DNA of 63,645 nt, filler included, from Asterionella formosa (Eukaryota), in the NCBI GenBank assembly GCA_002256025.1. It is 20 parts of 20 records of this genome, joined end to end, with 100 filler letters (N's around TTAATTAATTAA, not from the genome) between each part and the next. Parts side by side here need not be neighbours in the genome. Positions count along the whole stretch, not along the records: positions 1 to 27,051 come from NKIB01001609.1; positions 27,152 to 28,803 come from NKIB01001614.1; positions 28,904 to 30,555 come from NKIB01001615.1; positions 30,656 to 32,306 come from NKIB01001616.1; positions 32,407 to 34,057 come from NKIB01001617.1; positions 34,158 to 35,808 come from NKIB01001618.1; 14 more parts are not named here. The stretch is one strand, 5' to 3'. Position numbers and translations under genes: made by a program. Shown here piece by piece: positions 23,382 to 34,159 of this stretch. The notes beneath the pieces are model-generated. The model saw only the letters and a list, made by a program, of their open reading frames with translations, had not been told where the DNA came from and searched no databases. How positions within the stretch are numbered: position 1 is the stretch's first letter; each line of letters opens with the position of its first letter.

Positions 23382-25508
23382 ATGGGACCAAAGCGTAAAA
23401 CGAAGGAACTAGCGGAATATATTTCTTACAACAAGCTACATAATTTTGACAATGGCGCTTGGCCTGTCACCACAACGGAGGACTTTCATACACACGATAC
23501 CATCTTGGCGCCGGGACCAACCCTCCAACAATGTAGTGGTGCAGACGTCATGTTGGCGAAGGGTGCTACTATGAAGCCTAACTTGACCAAGGGAAAGGGT
23601 CGATTCTTGATTGTGCTGCCGGGAATACTGTCAATCAAGCCTCAAGGAAGAAATGAAAGCAAGCCGGATCAGGATGACATCTCTCCCATCGAGGCCACAC
23701 AAGACACAGACTTATCATCACATCCATTGACACAAACAACATCAGATGCAACAATAGCAGCTCTGGATGATTCGGTACCGCCAATATCGTCAGTCACCAA
23801 TCAAGTCACTGTCCCACCAAAACATTTGTTTGGCACCATCTCGGGTCTCTCTACAGACTCACCAAAGCTAACCATACCATTACCAAACAAAAAACAGCTT
23901 TTATTTGTGGGTCGCAAGATGGATTCTAGTTCTAGATTCATGATGTTTCAGTGCCATCCACGCAAGGCTACCGTCACGTGCAAAGACAGTGTCCAATCGA
24001 TAATTGTTTTTGGGGATGGGTCCATCGAGGATAGCAGTGTGATGGCAATTGTGGAAGGAACAGCATCTTCCAATTCCACGTTTCGACATTTAGGTGGATC
24101 ACTTCGTGCCTTTGATGGTGGCAAGCCAGGGTCGTTAAATCATTCACAGCTTCGTGTCATTGCCAGGCCTCTTGTTGCGAGTAGCGATGGGGATGGGGAT
24201 GATAACATTGACGACAATGATGATAAGAGTGTAGAATTTCCACCAACCGCAGTTGATGAAGATGATGGTGATGAGTATGTTGAAATTATCAAGTCTCGTC
24301 TTGAGCCAAAGAAAAGGGCTAGACGAAGTACATCAGAGGTGAAGGTTTCTTACACTCAAGATTCCGGCGATGAAGAGATTAGTGAGGCGACCAAGGAAGT
24401 TTCGTCACCTCACCGACCCACAAAGAGAGCGCGAGTTTTGGCTGTGAAGAGAACATCAATTCAAAGCCACAAGATACAGAAAGGCATCCCTAAAATTGAA
24501 GCCTTAGGCAAGGCACATACGAAAGAAAACCATGACGCAAAGATTTATCAGTTGAATAAATCATCTCTGGAGGAAATGGAATCGAATAGGTACAATTGTG
24601 AGAAGCCAACGTCTTCAATATATTTACAACATGCTGTTGGAGCCAGGGTTGCTGACGCCAAGAAGAAAAAGGAACAACACTTTGAAAACAACGATAGTAG
24701 TGTTGAAGTCGCATCAGAGTCAGACGGTGCAGATTATGTTGAAGTAATCAAGACTCATCTTGAGCCAAAGAAACGACCAAGGCGTACTACCTTAGGGACG
24801 AAAATTTCTTACACTCAAAACTCAGAGGATGAGAGCGAAAAAGACAATTATGAAGATCAACCCAGAAAAGGAGTTATCTCTCTTGAAAAAACGAAGACAA
24901 AGCAAGTTAATACACAACGAAGTTCAAGGAAGCGAAATGAGGCTCACACTGAGTGTGAAAATGATGAAGACAATGCTGAAGAGGCGCGAACAACGAAACG
25001 AGTTGTACAGCAAGTTAATACACAACGAAGTTCAAGGAAGCGAAAGGAGACTACCACTGTGTGTGAAAATGATAAAGACAATAGTGAAGAGGCGCGAGCA
25101 ACGAAACGAGCCCCAAGGAAGAAAGCAGTCATAAAAAATGCTGTACAAAAGCTTCCTGTGCAAAGCCCTAATCCAAAGATGGAAAAAGAAGTCAAAAATC
25201 CAAGCAAGACATTTCCTGCAAGACGTATCCGAGGCGTGAAGAAGCAAATTGTTGTGCATCTGGAGGATGAAAACGAATCGAATCAAGAAACGAAAAAAGC
25301 CAGAAATCCTTCCAATGGTTCCAAAGATGACCCTATTGCCATATTTAATGATGTTGATGAAGCATCACCATTCACGCCTGTTTCGACTAAAAAGCTTGGA
25401 AGTCCATCTCCAAGAACAAAGTCGGCTAGAAGGCGGATGTTTAAGTCGTTGGAGGATGCCGTTGAAGATGTTGCTGATGGAGGGGAATGGAAAATTGATC
25501 ATGTGTGA
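23382..25508 (+). CDS. RHL1-like (plant topoisomerase VI-associated DNA-binding) N-terminal domain plus long basic/acidic disordered tail with internal repeats
   Basis: C.G.D...KGRFLIVLPG...FG.ISGLST.SP.L.I.LP...L.F.G...V.CKD....IIVF resembles the conserved RHL1 domain as I recall it. Confidence 0.6.
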   Translation: MGPKRKTKELAEYISYNKLHNFDNGAWPVTTTEDFHTHDTILAPGPTLQQCSGADVMLAKGATMKPNLTKGKGRFLIVLPGILSIKPQGRNESKPDQDDISPIEATQDTDLSSHPLTQTTSDATIAALDDSVPPISSVTNQVTVPPKHLFGTISGLSTDSPKLTIPLPNKKQLLFVGRKMDSSSRFMMFQCHPRKATVTCKDSVQSIIVFGDGSIEDSSVMAIVEGTASSNSTFRHLGGSLRAFDGGKPGSLNHSQLRVIARPLVASSDGDGDDNIDDNDDKSVEFPPTAVDEDDGDEYVEIIKSRLEPKKRARRSTSEVKVSYTQDSGDEEISEATKEVSSPHRPTKRARVLAVKRTSIQSHKIQKGIPKIEALGKAHTKENHDAKIYQLNKSSLEEMESNRYNCEKPTSSIYLQHAVGARVADAKKKKEQHFENNDSSVEVASESDGADYVEVIKTHLEPKKRPRRTTLGTKISYTQNSEDESEKDNYEDQPRKGVISLEKTKTKQVNTQRSSRKRNEAHTECENDEDNAEEARTTKRVVQQVNTQRSSRKRKETTTVCENDKDNSEEARATKRAPRKKAVIKNAVQKLPVQSPNPKMEKEVKNPSKTFPARRIRGVKKQIVVHLEDENESNQETKKARNPSNGSKDDPIAIFNDVDEASPFTPVSTKKLGSPSPRTKSARRRMFKSLEDAVEDVADGGEWKIDHV

Positions 25509-25599
25509 AAAGGTAACACGCGGCATGAAGTTAAAGATGACTCTTAGCAGAACTGGATTGCGCGCTACTATAGTTTTTTTTCGGGCTTTTCACCATACT

Positions 25600-26238
25600 T
25601 TACCCTTTAGAGTCTACAATCAAATCATCTTTTGCTGCATTTTGTTGTAGAGATAACTCCAATTCCTTATAGTGCAAGATTTCTCGTTCGAATTCCTGAG
25701 TGCTCTCACTACTGACTGTGATGCTATCCAATAAATCGGCATCAAGGCCACATTCATTTTTCAGGAATTCTCTGGGATTCAATCGTTGCCTTCCTCGAAA
25801 CACAACACCTTTGATGAGGACTTGTCCACGAATTTTATGATCCCCAGCCTCGGCATGTCGAAAATTTTGATGGATCCACATGTCGTGGTCATCAATGCCA
25901 GATAAATAACTCTCGACCTCAAACTTGCGAAACAGCGGTTTGATTTCTCGCCGATACCGAACAACAGCTCCAGTTACCATGTATGCGGCTCGTGCTTTTA
26001 CCATAACCTGCAAAAGCCCATTTTCGGCGGTCAGTTCCCACCGAGCCAACTCGGCATGTTGCAAATAAGCAGCGTTGTTCATGTGACCCAAATAGTCCAC
26101 GTCAAATATGCCAGCATGAGCTCTGTAAATGTGAGGATTGTTGGCACCAAGTCCGAGAGGTTTCAGTCCATTGACGTATTTTTTGTACAGACCCTTGATA
26201 ACAGAAGCAATCACTCGAGGGGTATGCACTAGACCCAT
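25600..26238 (-). CDS. Hot-dog fold thioesterase (4HBT/THEM6-like)
   Basis: DVDYLGHMNNAAYL..AELAR and VRYRREIKP motifs; likely ATG at 26238. Confidence 0.88.
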   Translation of the reverse strand: MGLVHTPRVIASVIKGLYKKYVNGLKPLGLGANNPHIYRAHAGIFDVDYLGHMNNAAYLQHAELARWELTAENGLLQVMVKARAAYMVTGAVVRYRREIKPLFRKFEVESYLSGIDDHDMWIHQNFRHAEAGDHKIRGQVLIKGVVFRGRQRLNPREFLKNECGLDADLLDSITVSSESTQEFEREILHYKELELSLQQNAAKDDLIVDSKG

Positions 26239-26870
26239 TTTGTGTTTGATAGCTTCGTGCAATATATTTTATGAAGTCCCGATGATTATTTCGCGAAAAG
26301 GTTTTCTTGCTTGTGATGTGTCCATATACGGTACCAGGTAATACCGGTATACTCGTACATATACTCTGTATACCAGTACCTTGGTAGTTCACAAATTGCT
26401 TCAGTCACAAAAAGCAAAGGAACTTGATGTGGTGATCAGGATGATGCATATCATACCCGTAATATGATTTCTTTCTATGCACTGTTCATACCGGTACTCA
26501 AGTAAACATACCGGTATGATGTATTACCTATTATTATATGTAGTATGCAACCTCATTAAGATATCTAACCCTAGGACTAACCCTAACCCATATATCACAG
26601 CTCCTAAACAACGGCGCGTTTGATAGATTAACAGGTGTTCCAGGTATGTACCTGGTACCTGCAAGTTGCGATCATTTGCCGAAACTGCAAAACAGGCACT
26701 CAAATTCGACCTCTCCAGTAATATGGCTGGAATCATGCTCAGAGTACATATAGTAGCCACCGTAGCCCTAGTATGATAGATAATTAGCATAGGGAATATT
26801 TTATGGATAAATATATTCATGCATGAGTTTACGTAATGTTGACAAGCATATAACAACATCAGCGATCGCT

Positions 26871-27050
26871 TTATTCATCTACATTCATTACAAACTTGTA
26901 ATCGAAGTCCAAGGCACATCGATGTGTCTTCATCTTCTTTATAAGGTTGTCGATTTCGACAGGGCCATGCTTGGAGCGCTGCTGTTGCAGTTCTGGTTCA
27001 AATAAGCCAGAATCAAGAGCATGGTAAGCCAACATGTACTGGCGAGCTCG
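26871..27050 (-). mobile_element. 3' end of a Tc1/IS630-mariner-like transposase, cut by the gap (not in the ORF track)
   Basis: Manual translation RARQYMLAYHALD...LIKKMKTHRCALDFDYKF*, matching the RAR.YM.AY...K.HR C-terminus of this transposase group. Confidence 0.65.
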
Positions 27051-27051
27051 T

Positions 27052-27151
27052 NNNNNNNNNNNNNNNNNNNNNNNNNNNNNNNNNNNNNNNNNNNNTTAAT
27101 TAATTAANNNNNNNNNNNNNNNNNNNNNNNNNNNNNNNNNNNNNNNNNNNN
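27052..27151. other. Artificial contig spacer (44N-TTAATTAATTAA-44N); 19 copies, starting at 27052, 28804, 30556, 32307, 34058, 35809, 37560, 39311, 41061, 42811, 44561, 46308, 48061, 49810, 51559, 53312, 55060, 56808 and 61899
   Basis: Identical 100-nt structure; the linker has stops in all six frames. Confidence 0.98.
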
Positions 27152-29045
27152 ATTACAAGATGGATTAGATATTCCTCGTGGTACATATGGAGTTCCTAGC
27201 AAAAATTAAATACCAATTCCTTGGAAATGATAATTTTCATGAACTAATTTTGAATGACATGATTCCAGCATTTGAAAAATTTTAAAGGCTTGAAATTATC
27301 ACATGGTCATTGTACATAGTATTCTTTCTCGAATTGGCTAAAAAATATACTCATTCTGCATCGCTCATTTTATTTATACTCTTTACTCTAATCATCAATT
27401 GTACGTCATATAACCCGGCGGCATAATGGCAAATATTTGTTGATGATAGAATGACCAAAAAATAGTGAAGCTGCAAATAATCATGAAGGCAACGGAGATG
27501 GCCAATTCAACTACACTCATGATACATGTCCAACATGCCAAGATCGGTGGATTGTAGAGTAATAAGTGAGGGATGTGAGGATCGTATCTTCTGTGAATGC
27601 TGCGATTTTGGTCGCCGTGAATGTCAGTGCTGATAGGATGAAGTCGACGAGTTGATGGAGAAGTTTTTGGAGAATAATTCCATTCCCACCAGAATGAAGG
27701 AGGAATATATTTCGTCTTCACGAGCCCGCTACCTTGCTTACACATTTTTAATCAGAGTTTCCAGTGGTGGGTCATTGGCAAAGGTGTTTGGAAGGAACTT
27801 CCTGACTGTTGTTCAAAGGGGGTTTGATCCCTATTGAAATAAAAGGACCCAAAGGAATTGTACACTGGGTTCAAACCAACTTTTAGACGCTGCTGTTGAA
27901 CTTTGAAGAAAATGTTACATGCACATGCGAATAATAAAAGGAAAGCGCTTCAAATAGCACCAGTTGTAGTTGTTAACTTCTGGCGAGAAAGTGCAGACAG
28001 AAACTTACAATGCCAAACAATTGATTTCCCAAGAATTTTCTAGTCTTTTAGCATCGCGAAAAACGAGTTAACCTGTACCCATAGTTTGACTCATGATGGT
28101 ATCAAAGTGTGGCAAAAGGGTGTCCAATGGTGAAAGCTCCGAATAGTAGAGTTATTCCTATTTATACGTGTTCACTTTTCTAGTGAAAAAAGTCCGTGTT
28201 TGATTACACTGAATCAATATTATTTTTCAACCCTAGCTCGAGCTAGGGTTTCAAATGCACGAATCTTAATGCCACCAAATTATTAATATAACTATCTTAA
28301 ATAATAATAATAATATTCATTAATTTTATAAAATACGAAAATTATCAAGCGAACCCCCAAACCCAACTATGGCCTGGATGAGTTCAGCCCCCATGCTACC
28401 TTGTAAATAGACAGCAGTAAGCATCACGTTACTTCTGTTCCTGTCGTCGTCCTCCTTGGCTACATATTTATATATCTTTGTGCTTCATGCATCATTTGAT
28501 TTGCTTTTGCTGTCATCACTATATGCATCTACCTGTACTGGTACCTGGTACCGGAAACTGTCACCATTCTTATCTAACCGACAATTTTAAATACGAATTC
28601 AAATTTTTTATTAAATGTATACCGGTACATGTTTCTGAAATCGTTGTGAGTTTGCACTCGCTTCTCATTGCAAGTTCATCCATCACGACTGTCCCATTGA
28701 TACCCGATCAGCAATGGGATTTTGGTAAGCTGAACTTGTTGTATAGGAGCCATCGTTCTCGTTGTTTTCTCACAAAGGTAACATTCTCCATCCTCACACA
28801 AATNNNNNNNNNNNNNNNNNNNNNNNNNNNNNNNNNNNNNNNNNNNNTTAATTAATTAANNNNNNNNNNNNNNNNNNNNNNNNNNNNNNNNNNNNNNNNN
28901 NNNTACTTCTCTGACATTATATATATTTTTAACTTTAATTTTCAACAGTTAAATTTTCATATCGATGCATCCTCTTGTATGCTATGCCGCCTCTTGTTCA
29001 TTATATGCATGAGTTCTATATATTCATCATCGTCAGTCACTGACC

Positions 29046-30247
29046 ATGTCGACTTTCATCTCATCTCCTGATGATGATGATGACATTATGATCACATTGC
29101 TACTGCTGTTAGCAATGTTCTATCCACCAGTAAATAGGACGCCATCGTTCAGGGAAAGTTTGACTGTTGATGAGGTCAGAAGAAGAAGTGGCAAAATCCG
29201 TCGCCACGCACTACAGCATCCATTATCGAGTCCATTCTGGACTTTGTTCAACAGCAAGCATGATGATGCTCTGATTACCTTGTGTGGGTTTTACCATGCT
29301 TCTTTCGAGCTCCTACACCAGCTGTTCAAACCTTGTTTTTATTCCTTCACTCCCTGTAGGAAAAATACGGATTTCATTGTTAGAAATTCAATAACAAAGA
29401 AAGGTTGGCAAAGATACCTCTGTTCCATCAGTTGTCTAGCGCTTGGGTTAGCATGGACCAGGACTCGTGGTTCCTATATGATTCTTCAGATTATTTTCGG
29501 ATTAACTCATGGTTCTTTGAGTGTTTGGTTGAGGTTTTCAAGGCGAATGATTGTAAAAGTACTGCTGACACATGAAGATGCCGTTGTGAGACTGCCTACT
29601 GCAGACGAAGCCACCTTGTTTGCAACCATGATCAATCAGAAATACCCACTAATAACAAATTGTTGGGGAGCAATGGATGGTCTGAAACTGACCCTGCAAC
29701 GGGCTGGAAATGAAACACAGCAGAACAACTTCTACAATGGATGGACCCATGAACGCTATGTAACAAACTTGTTTTTTTTCGCCTGATGGAAAAATTCGCT
29801 GCTCATATTTCAATGCACCTGGTGTTCTACATGACTCCACCATGGCAATTTGGTCATCGATCTATGATCAGATTGAAACACCAGTTTACAGGGATACAGG
29901 CAAAAAAAGTAGTTGTGGATTCAGCATTTGCATCTAAAGGATCAAATGCAATGTTGAAATCGCATCAAAACAATGTTGATGCAAATGGTAATCCTCGACA
30001 AAGATTTGGTATGAATCGCCAAGCCACCTCCATCCGACAGCTGTCGGAATGGGGAATGCGATGCCTTCAGGGATCATTTCCGAGAATCAAAGACAAATTT
30101 CGTTATGAAGAAAAAGGTGAGAGAAAATTAATTCTCCAAATGATTGTATTGCTCTACAACTTTCGTGCTAGCAAAGTTGGTCAGAACCAAATTGTTTCAG
30201 TGTATATGCCCTATTTGCATAGGAATGCAAATAGATATGCCATGTAA
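29046..30247 (+). mobile_element. PIF/Harbinger DDE_Tnp_4 transposase with two frameshifts in homopolymer runs
   Basis: CWGAMDG, FYNGW, NAPG..HDS, VVDSAF and RQLSEWGM..LQGSFPR motifs; shifts at T8 (29772-29779) and A7 (29902-29908). Confidence 0.92.
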
Positions 30248-30324
30248 TTCAAATAAATTATTCCTTCTTGATTATTTAGCACCACTTCTTTCACATTATA
30301 TTAGAATGAATTAATTTAAGGTTG

Positions 30325-30555
30325 TTATTCATCATCACTACTACTGCTACCACTGTTGTTTTTTGGTGTTTGACATTGAGTTGAGGCAGACAAAGTTTGT
30401 TGTGCATTGGCACCTGCTGTCGAGGTTGGATTTTGGCTTTGCATTGTTTGCTGCATTGAAATCATGTTTGAAGCAATAATTGAATTCATAATTGCCTGAG
30501 TGGGATTGGCACTGTCAGTGGAGGTGGTTGTTTGAGATACCCCATGCTGATTCAA
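30325..30555 (-). CDS. 3' end of a convergent ORF, possibly the Harbinger second ORF
   Basis: S/T/Q/N-rich frame open to the gap and ending 77 bp from the transposase stop. Confidence 0.4.
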   Translation of the reverse strand: MNQHGVSQTTTSTDSANPTQAIMNSIIASNMISMQQTMQSQNPTSTAGANAQQTLSASTQCQTPKNNSGSSSSDDE

Positions 30556-32666
30556 NNNNNNNNNNNNNNNNNNNNNNNNNNNNNNNNNNNNNNNNNNNNT
30601 TAATTAATTAANNNNNNNNNNNNNNNNNNNNNNNNNNNNNNNNNNNNNNNNNNNNGTGCAGTCAGCTGAGGTGTTGTATGAGCGGAGAAATTGGTTAGTC
30701 AAAAGAGCTGTGACTGAGAAAGCTTGATGTCAGCCTCGCCAGCTAGTAAATTTTCTGCCGTGGTGGAATTTTACATTTTCGTCGTTGTTGAGGTTTACAA
30801 GTCGTATTGATGATATATACTATACGTTTATTAAAAAAATTAATGCATGCAAAGGCCAATCACTGGTGAGGAAGAAGGAGGGATAAGATATTGTACGTAC
30901 CCCCGGTCGATACGTAATCCGGTACTAGCTATGTGCTTGGGTCAATGACATCTACATAGCAGGGTACAGGTATGTATGTATTTACAGCTTGCCTTTTGGT
31001 TCTCCTGACGTTGTGCAACTGCGCTTCTCATCGTGACGAGAGTAGCCTTTTGTCATCACCAAGGGCTATACAAGGGGCGACTGTACTAATAGTAGCTATG
31101 TGACAGTCTTGGATATACTTACGTAAGGAGTTGTCAACCTCCAAGGGGTCAAGCATGAGGTACCTGGTAACAGGTACCCTAGTACCTGGTACTCAACAGC
31201 GTTCAACTGTACCCTGGTACTGGTACTGGTAGGTGTTCATGGTTAGGTCGACACGTTATATGGTACCACATTTATGTACGCCATAAATTAAATCTTGCGT
31301 TTCCAGTCCTCATAGGCTGTGGTTGCAGGAAATGATGAAAATGAGGACAGTATTGAAACAGCCAAACCCAGCAGTGACTTTCCAATGCCAAAAAGGCATT
31401 TCCTACCCTGCCAGAAATCTATATTGGATTTTGTGCAGAGTACATTGAAACATCATGCTGCTCCTTGCCATGCAATGTCAAAAGGATCACCAACTATTTG
31501 GGGTGTATTCAGGGATGTGAAGTCTCACTTTATCAATCAGTGGCAACCGCTCCTCTATAAGTTGATGAGTGGTAAAACATTGTTAGATTCTGATGAAGCT
31601 GCAATTAAATGGGTGCTTTCACATGTTTGGGTGTGCAACAAGATCAAGTCAATTGCTGTGTATTACCAGAAACCAGATGAAGAAAGAGAGCATGAATGCT
31701 GCTTCCAGCATCAATGATACATTCCTGGTTGTTTATGGTTATACATCATTGATAGTAATTCTATTTTATCTACTCAGAAGCAGAAGTATTTACATTTAAG
31801 TGATCATCAATTTCAATGAATTCCTCCTGAACAGCATCCTCAATGCTGACGATTTTGTTTAGAAACTTAAATAGTGCAACCCCATAACCTCACATATTCT
31901 TTGTCGTTTCTTTTCCTCCTTAGAGTCTTTTTGCATTTCAACTATATATTAATGAAATTTTATAGTACCTTAAATCTTAACATAAAATTGCACTTATGCC
32001 TAATCAACACAGCTCGACAAAGATAGGGTTGTCTCATATGAACTCTGGGTCACCTCCCCTCCATTTCTTCAAAGCGCCAAGCGAGGCGAACCCGAGCTCT
32101 GCCTCCTAGAGACAACTGATAAGCATCATTCCATGCTCGGAGTGACTTGTCAACTATTTGAATCCATTACAATTTTTGGACGGGAAAGTTGTACCAGCAG
32201 TGTCTACGGACGCTGCATGGCAGAAGAACAGTGATTAGTAGAGGACTCACATTTTCGTCTTTTTCCCCATAACCAAATTTTAACCTGATCAACCTCCTGT
32301 GTCAACNNNNNNNNNNNNNNNNNNNNNNNNNNNNNNNNNNNNNNNNNNNNTTAATTAATTAANNNNNNNNNNNNNNNNNNNNNNNNNNNNNNNNNNNNNN
32401 NNNNNNTGATTCTGACAAGAATAGAAATAGTGGGTGCGTCTGTGTGGTTCTGTTGGTAAAGGACTAGACCACCTAATTAAACAGAGACATTGCAGTATAG
32501 AATAGTGAGCAGGAGGAATGAGCACACTGCTGGTAACAACCTGAACAGATTGGTACATGGGGCAAATGGATGTATACCTGAACAGTTTCAGTTGAAGTGC
32601 TCGCATACCTTTGGAAATGATGGTCAAAGAGTCCAACATGGCGTGGGTTTCTCTACAAGATGGGAC

Positions 32667-32690
32667 AGAGAGAGAGAGAGAGAGAGAGAG
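32667..32690. repeat. (AG)12 microsatellite
   Basis: Direct reading. Confidence 0.95.
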
Positions 32691-33554
32691 AACTGGTCAA
32701 GCTTCGCTGCTTCCTTGAATACCGTCGGTAGGATAGAGTGACCTTCTCGATGTCGGGGCGGTATGATTCTATTATTTTTTTATTATCATTCTTTGTTTTG
32801 TAAATAGGTAGTAATAGCATTGGATTTGGGTGTTGATGTGGATGTGCAGGAGCGATGATTTTTGTTTTGGGAAGGAAAAGAAGGGAAAGCACAGACAAAG
32901 GAATGAAAGGAATCTTGCCACAGAATCACGACCTATCATGCATCATACCGGTACGTAGAAGTACACATGATCACTGCTGCCTACATACTTCTGCTGAAAG
33001 GAGCTCGTAGCAACGATCGAGACATGCATGTGAGGAAGAGCTAAGAATGTGTCGTAGCTTCAGATGTGTTACCTGGTACCAGGACTGCGTACTAAAATCC
33101 AATAATGTAGAATGAATGAGTCGTGTTCCACATAACAAGCAAGAGTGCTCGTACTCGGTAATGGTAGAGTGTGTAGTAAATAGGTCAATCCTGAGTGTGT
33201 GTACATGAGGGGAGGATTCAGACGAAATGAAAAGAAAGCGAATACATCTACCGGTATGAATCATTTTGCATCATTCAACTTAAATAAACCAATTGTTCTT
33301 TATCGCAAACAAAACACAAATTTGATTTTTGAGCCGTCGCTCAAGCATAACAATCCTTCTTGATTCATTGCAGTAAGGGTATACTGTACAGTATCAATGC
33401 TATGTGGGATGATGTTTTTCAATGAGTTGACTGTCAACTATCTCGCTGCAGCCAGTAGCTACCACTGCCAAGCAGCTCTCTAACAACAAGTACTCTGCCA
33501 GTATTAGCTTAGTACTACAAAATGTTTTTAATAGGACCTATTCCACAGTCTGCT

Positions 33555-34057
33555 TCAGCTGAACAGATTCTTTCTGAGATGTGAGATCATCCCACATGTG
33601 CTAATGCTCAAAAAAGGGGTTGTGATGCACTTGACCGTGCCTCTTCTCATGACAACTTTCGTGACAAAGTTGCTGAATTAGGAGGTATCGCTACAATTCT
33701 TTCTGCTATGCAAGAGCATTCCGCTAATGCTAATGTTCAATTAAGCTGTTTCAAGTACTTTGGAACTTGTCTTTGCTTGAATGACAATAACAAGGTGGCT
33801 ATTGCTGAAGCAGAAGGTATTGCTAGGATTCTTTCTGCAATGTGGTGTGCATCACTGTGGATCTTGGCTGCTAATGACAATGCATTTGTTGCTATTGCTG
33901 AAGCAGGTGGTATTAATAGGATCCTTTCTGCCATGGTATTGCATTCGAAAAATGCTGCCATTCAAGAACATGGTCTCAGAGTACTTCAGAACTTGGCTGC
34001 TAATGACAACAACCAGTTGTTCATTGCTGCAGCAGGAGGTATTTCTAGGATTATTGC
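33555..34057 (+). pseudogene. Armadillo-repeat gene fragment, probably pseudogenised
   Basis: Repeated IAEAGGI.RILSAM..HS.NA.IQ..G...L.NLA.ND; in-frame TGA at 33582-33584; one repeat has an internal deletion (ILSAMW-CASL). Confidence 0.75.
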
Positions 34058-34159
34058 NNNNNNNNNNNNNNNNNNNNNNNNNNNNNNNNNNNNNNNNNNN
34101 NTTAATTAATTAANNNNNNNNNNNNNNNNNNNNNNNNNNNNNNNNNNNNNNNNNNNNAT

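Noticed and set aside
27096..27107. TTAATTAATTAA as a piggyBac target or regulatory motif
   Set aside because: Always centred in N runs; it is an assembly linker
31319..31717. 132-aa ORF
   Set aside because: Non-ATG start, no recognisable domain, repeat-like context
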